A DNA stretch of 64,000 nt from Rhynchobatus australiae. Taxonomy: Eukaryota. Every line of letters begins with the position of its first letter. The stretch's first letter is position 1. The stretch is taken from NCBI GenBank assembly GCA_034780895.1, contig JAUZTB010000107.1, positions 95,258,402 to 95,322,401 on the forward strand, written 5' to 3'. The notes beneath the pieces are model-generated. The model saw nothing but the letters and a program-made list of their open reading frames with translations. It was not told the DNA's origin and made no database searches. The translations under genes were made by a program, and so were the position numbers. Positions 41,405 through 52,714 of this stretch are shown here, piece after piece.

Positions 41405-42139
41405 ATCCACCTTTTCTATTCACTTGTTTTATTTTTGTCATTATTAATTAATAATTAATTATTAAGAAGCAGTTAAGATTGTTAATGAAGTTTGTGATAT
41501 TCCTTTGCGATAGATTTCTGCTTATTGAAATTGAATCAAACAGTACAAAAAATATCGCACTATGCCACTGAATCCTTGAGGCAGAATATTTCAAATGATC
41601 ATTATGCCAATAATCAAATTCTGATCACTGCTGACTTTAAGTCACATGAATGTTGTCACATCACCACATAGGTGGATGATGTTTAATTCTGTTCCCAGGT
41701 AGCTCTGAATCCCCCATTTTATCAACTCACACAGCCAAGGAGGCTAAGAGTCTGTCTCTTGCACAGGTATTAATTGTGAGATGACCAAAGGATCACTTCT
41801 GTACATCTCTCCCCAGGTCTCTGAGCTCTATCTCTGACCAAGGAGACAAGGAATAGCTCTGATTTAGAAGAATACTGTGTGCTGAATGCTTTAATGGAAG
41901 TTATTTAATGGGGGCAAAAGTGTGAATTAAATGAGAATGTGCCAGTGTTGGACAAATGGATGGAGATATGAGGCAACATTTAGACAGAGTAATGAACATA
42001 CCTGTATGGTAGTTGGTGTGAGGAGGGTTTGCCAAAATAAGCTTGACATAACAGATTGAGAGGGTTGGATTATTAGATGTCTCAGGATGTAGGTGAATGT
42101 GCCACTCTACTCAGCTCTACTGATTGCGGATGCAATCTT

Positions 42140-42624
42140 ACTGGCTCTCCACATGGTTTTGGAGCACTGAGACAACAGCAAAACGTACATCAGGTTGGTG
42201 TTTATCGATTACAGTTTGGCGTTCAACACCATCATCCCCTCAGTACTAATCAACAGGCTTCAAAACCTGGGCCTTTGTACTTCCCTCTGCAACTGGATCC
42301 TCAACTTCCTTATCAGGAGACCTTAGTCAGTGCAGATCAGTAGTAACATCTCCTCCTTGCTGACAATCAACACAGGTGTACCACAAGGATGGGTGCTCAG
42401 CCCACTGCTCTACTCTCTCTACACTGCTGACTGTGTGGCTAGGCACAGCTCAAACATCATCTACAAATTCCCAATTACACCACTGTTGGCAGAATCTCAG
42501 ACTGTGATGAGGAGGCGTACAGGAATGAAATTAGTCAATTGGTTGAGTGGTGTCACAACAACAACCTCACACTCAACGTCAGCAAGACCAAGGAATTGAT
42601 TGTGGACTTCAGGAAGGGGAAGTC
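42140..42624 (+). mobile_element. Rex1/Babar LINE reverse transcriptase fragment
   Basis: [14 protein letters not shown]; TINTGVPQGWVLSPLLYSLYT.DC; WCHNNNLTLNVSKTKELIVDFRK. Confidence 0.85.
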
Positions 42625-45277
42625 NNNNNNNNNNNNNNNNNNNNNNNNNNNNNNNNNNNNNNNNNNNNNNNNNNNNNNNNNNNNNNNNNNNNNNNNNNNN
42701 NNNNNNNNNNNNNNNNNNNNNNNNATGTCTGGTGGTAGAATCTCTTTGAAGGTAGGGGTAATTGCTGAAAATGATCTATTGAATGGTGGTGGAGTGAAAG
42801 GCAAGGACCTACGGCATAAGTTATGATCACTGAGGTATCCCATTAGTCACTGCTTGCCAACCCAAGAAAGTTTAATTTATTCATGCTCTGTTTTCCATTT
42901 GACAGCCAATTTTTGATCCATGCCAGTATATTACCCAAATCCCATTTATTTTAATCTCTGATGTATAATCAAAAGCTATCCAAAAATCCAATGCATCACA
43001 TCTCCTGGTTCTCTCTCATTTATTCCCTCAATGACATCCTCAAAGAACTCCAGTTGGTTTGTCATATACAATTTCATTTTCATAAGTCTACACTGAATTT
43101 TTTCTAAACCCATTGATATTTTTTTCTAAGTATTGTGTTATCACATCATTTATAATAGATTCTAGCATTTTCCCTAGCACTGATGTTAGGCCATCTGGTC
43201 TATAGTTCTCACTCCCTCCCTCCCTCCATTTTTAAATGGTGAGATTTTAAACTTTTTCTAATCCTTAGGCCTACTACTTTCTGTGACAACTTTATACATC
43301 CCCTCTGAATTAATATTTCTTTTGTAAGCCATGTTTGTCAGTTTTCCTTTTGTGCTTTTTGCTCCAGAAAATAATTTATAACTATTCTCATTTCCGCCTC
43401 CATTCTGTAAGTACCCACATCTTTCAATAAAGCTCCCCAATCTATCTGAGCCATCTCGCTCCTCATACCTTTGTGGTTCCTTTGTTTAGATTTAGGACCC
43501 CAGTTTCAGACTGAGCTACTTCATTTTCCATCTTAGTGAAGGTTCTGTCATGCCTTATTTGCTTTTTCGTAAGGGACCTCACACAATAAGATTGTTAACT
43601 AACCCCCTTCTGATTGTACAATACCTAATCCAGGATAGCTTCCTCATTTTTTTTCTTTTTGCTTGTACTTCCTAAATATTGAATGTCCTTAGAAATTCAG
43701 CTTCCTGAGCACTTTAAAGTGCAAGCTCCAGCAAGGCCCATATGCATTTGCAGTCACAACATCTGCAACACTGGTGCTGGGACAGTGCTTAGGCTTCCCA
43801 GACATGTGCTTTGCCAGAAGGACTCCCACTTTTCAGGCCAACAGTTATTCCTAATCCTGACAACTCATCTGTAGATCTGGTAGGAAGCAGTTCAGTGATC
43901 CACAGACTAAACAACGGATATTGTTTGCCAGGGGCCATGGTCCTTCTTCCAGAACTTTATTTATGAAATTGGATGAATGGCCATGTCCTATTCCCAAGTA
44001 TATCAAGGAATATATTTAAATTCCTGTTTCAAGTAATAAAGTGTGTCTTCATAAGCATGTGGCAGTTATAAAAATCAGGGAAAAATTGAGAGAAAGCAAA
44101 CAATTCTTAAAACTAGCGCCATTTTGAGGGCAATTGCAAGATTGCATCCAAAGTGGAAAGTCTTAGCCATAATATCTACCATTTTTTATATTTCCACATT
44201 TACTGCCTAATCACTGATGTCCCTCAATTTATATTTGGTGCCATTGTAATCCACTTTCTTACCCCCATCATCATCCTCACCACTGTGCTTCAAGCTTGTT
44301 GGAGAGGATATTGCTGCTCTACCCTGTCCCCTTCCTATCCCCACCTCATGGATGGTCCCAACTTCATCCTCTTTCACTACTCATCCTCTTTCACTTCATC
44401 CTCTTTTACTCCTCTTCTCAAGAAGTTGACTGTCTTTCAAACTTGGTCCAAGAATTCTCTCTCCCTCTCTAATATGCATTGGCCTCTGATCAAGTTCTGC
44501 CTTGGTTCTGAGATTTTGACCTCAATGAACTTCAGTGGTGACACTTTCTGCTGATGTATTTTGTCTGATTTTTGCTAAGCAAAACTCCTACTTCCTTTAA
44601 GAACTTCCACATGATTTTCTGACATGTTCAAATTTTCTTTGGTGCTTCATTTATTTAAATTTCAATTAATATAATCTAGTTTTCTTCTGTTCTGTACTCA
44701 GCTTGAGCTAAATTGCAGCTTTGGAAGAAATATCCTCGGTCTGTGCACTTTGTTTCATTGTTTATACAAGATGGTCTGCTTACACTGTCCTCCTGCCAAA
44801 ATAAATTATAAGCCTGTTTTATCTAGTCAATTGGTTCAAATATGCAGTAGATTAATTAAAAAAGGCAGGGTTTTCATTTGCATAGTCTGAAGGCTTAACT
44901 TTTGAGAAATAGCCATTGTTGTAACATAGTGATCATGGTAGCAAACAAAAATAGGAAATGCTGGAATAGCTCAGCAGGTCAGGCATAACCTGTGAAAAGA
45001 GAAACAGTCAATGTTTCAGGTCTGGGATCCTTCATCCAAACTGGGAAAGAAATAGATACAATTTAAGTTTCCTGTAGAAGAGAAGGTAGGAGGAGGGATG
45101 TGTAGAATAAAGGTAATCAAAATTGCTTAATGGTGGCAGTTAGATATTCCTATCACAGACATTCCTTTTGTGCTCCCTTACACAATTCTAACAGGCTTCT
45201 TTGCCTTTTATTCACTCTGTAACCTTCTTCATTCATGTATTTAACCAGCTGGCGCTGAAACCAGTGTGTTCAAATTT

Positions 45278-45520
45278 AAATTAAATTTTATTTACAGTGT
45301 GGTAACAGGGCCTTCTGGCCCAATGAGTCTGCGCCGCCCATTTTAAACCCCAAAGTAACCTACCCGTACGTCTTTAGATTGTGGGAGGAAACTGGAGCAC
45401 CCGGAGGAAACCCACACAGACATGGGAGAACGTACAAACTCCTTACAGACAGCGACAGGAATCAAACCCTGATCGCTGGCACTGTAATAGAGTGGTGCTA
45501 ACCACTACGCTACCGTGCCA
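45278..45520 (-). mobile_element. Young V-SINE, sister copy of 40745-40987
   Basis: Long identical blocks with 40745-40987; the 3' end of a further copy on + at 55431-55475. Confidence 0.85.
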
Positions 45521-46197
45521 TTTTTAGATAAAATGTAAATTCAAACCAGTTTTGATAGAATGAGTAGTGAAAGTACAGCCTCAGAGGCTGACTCAATGAA
45601 AACTTTAAAGTCGATACTAAGGGAGATGAAAGGTATTAAAATATGTTTTGTTTTTAGAGGGTTGCTTCGAAATGGAGTACTTTGTGACAGATCGATGATT
45701 GCAACTTCAAAGTTATATTTGAGAAATATTTGAAGAAGTAGAATGTACAAGGTCTTGTGGAGTAAATGGGACAGGTGATTAGATTTGAGATTGTTCTGAC
45801 AAAGACTTGGTACAGAGATAGTAAGGAAAAACTTTTGTTTTACTTTTCATCTCAAATCATTTGAAATGCACACCTAGCACAGAAGGCTTAAGCATTTATT
45901 CCAAGCTGCTGATTCCAAATTCTTATCTATTCTCTTTCTTCATCCACTTTTCCTAGTTCACTCTCTAAACAGAATGCCACAGCTGTGTTTAGGTACCTTA
46001 CAGTGCTGGTGCAATGTGAAATGACACTTTGTATGTTGCCTGATTATCTTTAACGTTAGAAATAGTTAAGATTTTCAGCCACTCACAGACTCCTACTTTC
46101 TGTATAAAATTTCAAAGTATGATCTGTAAAATGAACCTGGGAAGTTAAAGGCATTTGGAAACATAATTTAACTTTTTTTAAATTCCTTTCCGTACAG

Positions 46198-46326
46198 CTT
46201 TGATTTTTCTCTTCTATCTGGTCTTTTACGGCTTCCTAGCTGGTCTGTTCAGCTTCACCATGTGGGTAATGCTTCAGATGCTGGACGATTACACACCCAA
46301 GTATCGTGATAGAGTTTCCAGTCCAG
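46198..46326 (+). CDS. ATP1B3: ATP1B3 exon 2 (transmembrane helix)
   Basis: Acceptor cgtacag|CT; [43 protein letters not shown]; 129 nt; donor G|gtaact. Confidence 0.94.
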
Positions 46327-49300
46327 GTAACTTTTGCATATTTTGCCTTGTTGATACTTAGATTCTTCTGTTTTGAATTGAAGGAGATATCACTTTTGTT
46401 TCTTCTTATAAAAAATGTCAGCTTGGCTTAGTTGTGGAGTATTTGCATCTAATTACAGTAAAAGACCACTCTAGGATTCAAATGCACAAATGGAAGGGTA
46501 AGTATCTTGTTATAATTGTCTCTTGCTATTTTAAGACACTGTTGAATTGATGATCTTTTAGTACAGATGAGGAAATAGAAAGTGATACAATAGAGAAGAG
46601 AGTTAATTGGGTCTATTATCTGAACTAGATAATGTTTCTTTCCCAAAGCCACATTCTCAGATTCACAGCGCATCAAAAATGATAGTTGGAATTTTTGTAA
46701 ATGCCCATAATACTCAGAAACATTCAATATATTAAAAATTAATCACACTAATAAAATAAATCACTTAAACACAAGGAAACATTTAAGAACATTTAAAATA
46801 TATTTAACTCAATTAATTACAAGATATATATTACCTATAACTTGCCTCTATACCTTGCAGTTGTTCCTCTCTGTTGAAATAAGTGGAATTGCCAAACCCG
46901 CTCCAGATCTAAAATTAAAATAGAAAACGCTGGAAATACTCAGCAGGTCAAGCCGCATCTGTGGAGAGAGAAACAGAGTTATTATTTCAGGTCAATGACC
47001 TTTCATCCCAATTTTCTGTTTTTCTTTCAAGTTTTTGGCATCTATACCTTTTTGTTTTTGGAATTCTGTTCCAAATCAAACCTGGTGCAGGTTTCTCAAG
47101 AAGATTTCCTAGTATAGCTGCTGGAAACCACTCTTCTATAGGTGTTCTTATATTAGACTCCACTCATGGGGAGTCCCTTGCTCTCTAATCTTATTCTTTG
47201 TTTGCCGAACATATTACCTACCAAACATTTGATAGTTTTATTCATTTTGTCATCTTTCTTACTGGTTTTCCTCTTTTTGTCCTCTTGCTCTCTTGCTGCA
47301 TTTTCATTTAGTTGGTGTTAACATTCTTTGAGATACCATTGAAATATTGTCAGGGTACAAAGCAAGTACTCATTTTCTCAACTAATAAGGGATCAGGAAT
47401 TAAATCAATGCTTGATTTTTAAGGAGGTATCATCACTGCTTGGGTGATTACATTAGCTGATTGAGACTACATATTAGTGAGAGAGGGTGATGCACAGGCT
47501 GACTTTGAATGGCCGACCTGGCTGCCAAGTCAATTGTCAGTTAAAGGAAATACAGTCTTGGAGAAAATTAAATTGGAGCATCACAGCAGAGGAGTAGGTC
47601 ATTTAGCTCACTAGATCCTTGCCATGTTTATGCTCTACACGAGTTCCTTTTAACCATCTCATGTAACCACCATCAATGTAAACTTCTACTTTATCTCAGT
47701 CACATTGTTCTGCTACAAACAGCAACTATTCCTGTATCACTTAGTTGTACGTTCTAGCCAAATCTCTGAATACTGAAGCATGTCTTATTCCCTGTTGAAT
47801 TTATTGGAAACTGGCCATAACCTGTGTTGACATCCAGTCCTCCTCCGCCTCTGTTTATAGTCTACCCTGTAAGTGGAAACATTTTCAATAATGTTAAGGT
47901 TTAGGATCAAGTCATACTTCAGCCTATTCATTTTTTTAATGTTTAATATAAATTCTCTACTTTCTAAATCTGTTTTGAGCAATGAAAACTCGATCACTCT
48001 GCTCCAATGCCTCATTTATTGCATAAAGTCTGTAGCCCCTTTATTCTTCATACTGAACATTAAGCTTTATCAAAGCTCTTTTGTTAATGGTATACCTTCT
48101 TGTATTTTGTTAAACGTTTCCATTAACCACGTTTGCAACAAGTTGTCTGCAAATTTTGATATTGTATTTCGACTCTGAATTCAGATTGTTTCAACAACAG
48201 TGGTCCCAGGTCTGATCCTTGTTGATCATCACTTCCCAACCTTTGCCTGACTGATTAGGATGTCAGTGAATCCCAATTAAAAATGACCACGTTTCCCCAT
48301 AAACAATTTGTAGTCTAACATTAACTGCACCAATAATTAAACCTCAAATCTTAAACTGCTTTGGGATATACGGAAGTTATTGAAGGCACTATAAAACTTC
48401 AAATATCTTCATTGAAGAATAATTCAAAATCCTTTGCTCTATTTCTTGTTTGAAATTGGTAACCCAGAGAGGGGGAAGAAATAAGGAAATCAACTTTTAA
48501 TTTGCTAAATGATCATGCAGACAGAGTTTACAATATTTTCTAATGAAATATCTGTTCCTGGATGAGAAGTTTTCATCAAACAAATTCAATTCACACTGAT
48601 AAAATGAATAAAAAGCATGAAAACAACTATTTTTATTTTCAAATTCAGCTTGGTCGATTCAGAATCCCTGACGTTCTGAAGTGCCCTTCTAGCTCTTAGG
48701 AAAAATGTAATTGGGAAGCAAATGTGTCTTTAAATGAGGGAAACAAGGCTCAGAAAGAGAACCTATTGCTGTTTCTGGTGTTTTATCATATTTTCCCAGC
48801 CATAATTCGGTGAGATGTTCATTTCAGGAAGGGTTTGCAAATGGCACTGTGTGGTGATTAGACAGTTGTTTCTTTGGCTACTGTATAGTACAGACCAAAT
48901 GAAAATTCTGCTTTCCACTTTAGAGAACCTCTCTAAAACACATGAATTTTACAAGAGCTTTGTGTTGTCTATTGTACGCAAGCTTCAAATTACTGGAGCT
49001 ATTGCAGATATCAAAAGTCAATAGTCAAGTTTATTGTCACATGCACAAGTACATGTATGCACAGGTGCAATGCAAACCTGAATTGCAGCAGCACATAGCG
49101 TCAGATAAGCAGTATCACACAAGGCTAGGTTCTGTTCCATTATTCTGAAGTTTTGCAAGTGTAGGACATCTTGGATACCTTGAATCTTTGTAGTTTTAAT
49201 GCTTTGGTCCATAATAGGAACCTTAAGACACTTCATTCAAATAGCCTTTGGATTATGTACTTGTACAATTTGACATTGACTTGCCATCTTCGGAAACTGT

Positions 49301-49944
49301 TCTTAAATGGTTGTAGTAGCAGCTTTGAAATGCAAAATAAATCTTGGGGTGACTGCCTATGGTGTGATATGCCAAGTTCTTGGTGAAAAGTCGGAAGATT
49401 TAAACGTGTGATTTGACAGGATGACTCTGAGAAATGCACAAAGTCTATAATTCCACTGGTTATTTTGGGCTTGGTTACCCTCCTCATCAAGAGTGCATAA
49501 CACCAATTAAAAACATTTTATCCACTGATGTCAGGAACACTCCTTTAGGTTGTTGGGTGGGCAATGTGTCAGAAGTTTTTAACATCTTGAACTGCTAAAA
49601 GAAATTTTTAGAGCCTATGTTGTTGCCATTTTGGCCCATTGTCCTTGGACAAATGAAATAAAATCATGTTTTCCTGCATTAAAAAAAGTTGCCTTTAAGG
49701 TAACACCCTGTAGATTTCTGAGATGTTTTGACAGGTCTAGGTTCTGAATAAATTGTCAAGCACATGAGCCCATTGGTTTATGTAAACTGAGGGTAATTCT
49801 AATCAAAGTTGTCATTTTGACCTGTGCAGTCAGCAAAGATAATCACTACAATATATTCAATCCGGACCTGAGCTTCCGTTCATACCTTGTGATTCACTTG
49901 TAACTGTCTCAGAAAATTGGGGTGCTGAAGGTTTAAGTATTCCC

Positions 49945-50110
49945 TTGGAATCAAAGACAACATGCATTCTGGTTTTGTGGGTTCTGAGGTAATTGATGAG
50001 ACCAATGTGAGAACTGCATACTCTCCACAGATGGACAGGTAGGAGGTGACACAGCCATGCTATTGATAGTTTGTGGGACTGCAAGCATTTTCTGCCATTT
50101 ACACACAATA
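49945..50110 (-). mobile_element. RTE-clade LINE 3' end
   Basis: Minus-strand CSSHIGLINYLRTHK (SRIGLxSHxRTH-type terminus). Confidence 0.6.
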
Positions 50111-50789
50111 CTGTGGATGCTGTATGGTTGATTTAAAGTTGATTGCAGTGTAGAGGTTTTAAAAACCCCTTGTTCATCAGTTTTATTCTTGTAATGTTTC
50201 TCCAACAAATTTTAATTTCTCACCTATAGTGTTTGTACATCTGTGGTACTTACCAGAATCAACATTCATGCTGATGAAATAAATTAATGAATGTTGGTTA
50301 GAAACTGTTTGAAGCTTTTGCCATGTTTTAAGTGCAGCATTATATAAAGAGCCTTGCCCCATCACCATCCCACCTTCCTGACCAGGCATGAAAGAATGAT
50401 GGTTTACAATGTTAACTGGGGTACCTCAACTATTTTATCGTTCATTATTAATGCAATAATAGTTAAATTATCAAAAAACATGTCAGCACCAAACGTTTTA
50501 GTTAGACTAGAACAAAATTGGAATGCAGTTGGTCGGTGAACAGGATGTGGGACAGGTGGACAGGTTTGAAAGGGGGTCAGCCTCACTGCTTGTGGGTGGA
50601 GAATTTCTCTGAAGGCTGAACTTCAACAAGGCAGCCTCTGCTATGGGCAGGAACATTAACTTTNNNNNNNNNNNNNNNNNCACAGGAGAACTTAGGGATA
50701 TATGCACTGGTGCTTTCTCATAGCCTTCTCTTTTGAATTCTGAACTATGGACATCGGACTGTAAATATTATGGTGCATATTTCAAGAAT

Positions 50790-51380
50790 AAGATCTTCTT
50801 GGGACTGAGATGCTGTTTGATAAATTCTGCATTCAAAGCATCTTGATGTACGGCAGGTAAGCATGGACTACATACAGCCGCCAAAAAAGAAAGCTCAACA
50901 ATTTCCATCTTCAGTGTCTGCAAGTGTTCTTGGCATCTCACTGAAGGAAAATGTTCCCAACACAGCAGTCCTTTCAGAAGCTAAGATGCCAAGCACCCCA
51001 GCATTCATCAAGCAAAGAAGACTTCACTGGCTCAGGCATGTGTAGTGGATGAAAGATGGCCACATCCCCAACAATAAACAACTTGGAAAGGCAGCCAAGC
51101 CAAACGACTAGCAGGGTGCCCAAAGCTCCATTTTAAGGATGTTAGTAAAAGAGATACAACACCCTTCAATGTTGATTATACTGTAGCTGATGACAGCAAA
51201 CAACAACATTGGCTGTGAAATGGGATGAACACAATGACAATCTGTGATTTCAACAACAACAAAGTAGAGGCCAGCACTGGAAGGCCACAGAACCATAGAT
51301 CATACTTTGTCATGGCCAGTGACATTTTCACTTGTGGCAGACTCTCTTTCCAGAATTGGTTTATTTACTGATCACTGGAT
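50790..51380 (+). mobile_element. RTE-clade LINE remnant
   Basis: AKMPS..FIKQRRLHWLRHV*WMKDGHIP..FKD..KRD; SRIGL near the 3' end. Confidence 0.7.
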
Positions 51381-52192
51381 GTTGAAAGCTGTGTATACAT
51401 TATCTTGCATTGATGGAAAGTTACCAACAATTTCAAGATTTATCCCAGCCTACATGCGCATGCTTTCTGTATTTTACTGCAATAACTTTCACTGTTTATT
51501 CACTTTCTTTTCAAGATGTGGTTATGGGGGATTCTTACATGGTTGACAAAGTTCTAGAAATTAATTTGTGGAGGCTGGGAAAGGATCAGGCCCTGTCTGC
51601 GGTGCTGGGGATTCAAAAATCATGGCCTCAGTCATTGCCCCTTGGAGACTGGGATGCTGAGGTCCAAGCATTAGGAGGCCAGCGGTAGCATTGGGGAGTG
51701 GTGGTTAGGGTTGGTGCAAAGTAGGGCACAGCCAGTAAGCTGAAAGGTAAGGCACTTGCCTGAAGTGGACCCCAGTCCAGCATTGATTTGGGAAGATGTT
51801 GTTCTGTGGTCAACTACAGTTTGAACCAAGTTCCTATATGGTGCTCCAAAAGAAACCCACACAGGGAAGGACATCATACTGTGCCCCTAGAAGCAGAAAT
51901 TGTCTCAAGATGCAAGGATGACTTGTGTCACAAAGTGCCCAGTCAAATTTTCAGAATGGTGCAAAATAATGTGGAAATCATGATTATTGTGTTTCATCCC
52001 CTGCTGTAAAGAGCAACATTACGTGATATGAATTTCTAGGGCAATAAAGCTTAGCTTTGGTGGAACCATGAATTTGAAAAGTAATAGGTCAAAACTTTCC
52101 TATAACGAATGCAACTGAACGTTTAAAACATTTCAATGTGTAAATTATTGTACAAACAGATATGCTTATTGAAATATTTCCTTCACTTGTAG

Positions 52193-52300
52193 GTCTTATG
52201 ATTAGGCCAAAAGTAGGATCCGCCCTAGAAATTGTATTTAACAAATCTGATGCTAAGTCTTATGAAAAATATGTGGCAGCTCTTGACGGGTTTCTGAAAC
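52193..52300 (+). CDS. ATP1B3: ATP1B3 exon 3
   Basis: Acceptor cttgtag|GT; GLMIRPKVGSALEIVFNKSDAKSYEKYVAALDGFLK; 108 nt; donor C|gtaagt. Confidence 0.93.
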
Positions 52301-52380
52301 GTAAGTATTGATCAATTTAAAAAATTTTCAGTATTCTTTGTGCGTAATTCATTCTAACTGAAATACTTCTTTTTAAATAG

Positions 52381-52574
52381 CTTATGATGATTTGATACAA
52401 GCACAAAAAAATATTCTTTGCCATCCTGGAAATTATCTTACACAGCCTGAGAGTATATCCGAGAAAAAGGCCTGTCAATTTAACCGCACAATGCTCGGTG
52501 AATGTTCTGGAACAAATAATGGGAGTTTTGGCTATGGTGAGGGAAAACCATGTGTCCTTGTTAAAATGAATAGG
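52381..52574 (+). CDS. ATP1B3: ATP1B3 exon 4 (four ectodomain cysteines)
   Basis: Acceptor taaatag|CT; [41 protein letters not shown]; 194 nt; donor AGG|gtaagt. Confidence 0.94.
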
Positions 52575-52657
52575 GTAAGTGCTTCTCAAATATCTGTTTG
52601 AAAATCTGTTCAACCAGCTGCATTTTGTAACTCATTCTGTGATCTTTTCTCTTCCAG

Positions 52658-52714
52658 ATAATTGGACTAGAAGTAGGTGCAGGAACTAATCCCACAGTAA
52701 ACTGTACATCCAAG
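52658..52714 (+). CDS. ATP1B3: ATP1B3 exon 5
   Basis: Acceptor cttccag|ATA; IIGLEVGAGTNPTVNCTSK; 57 nt; donor AAG|gttagt. Confidence 0.9.
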
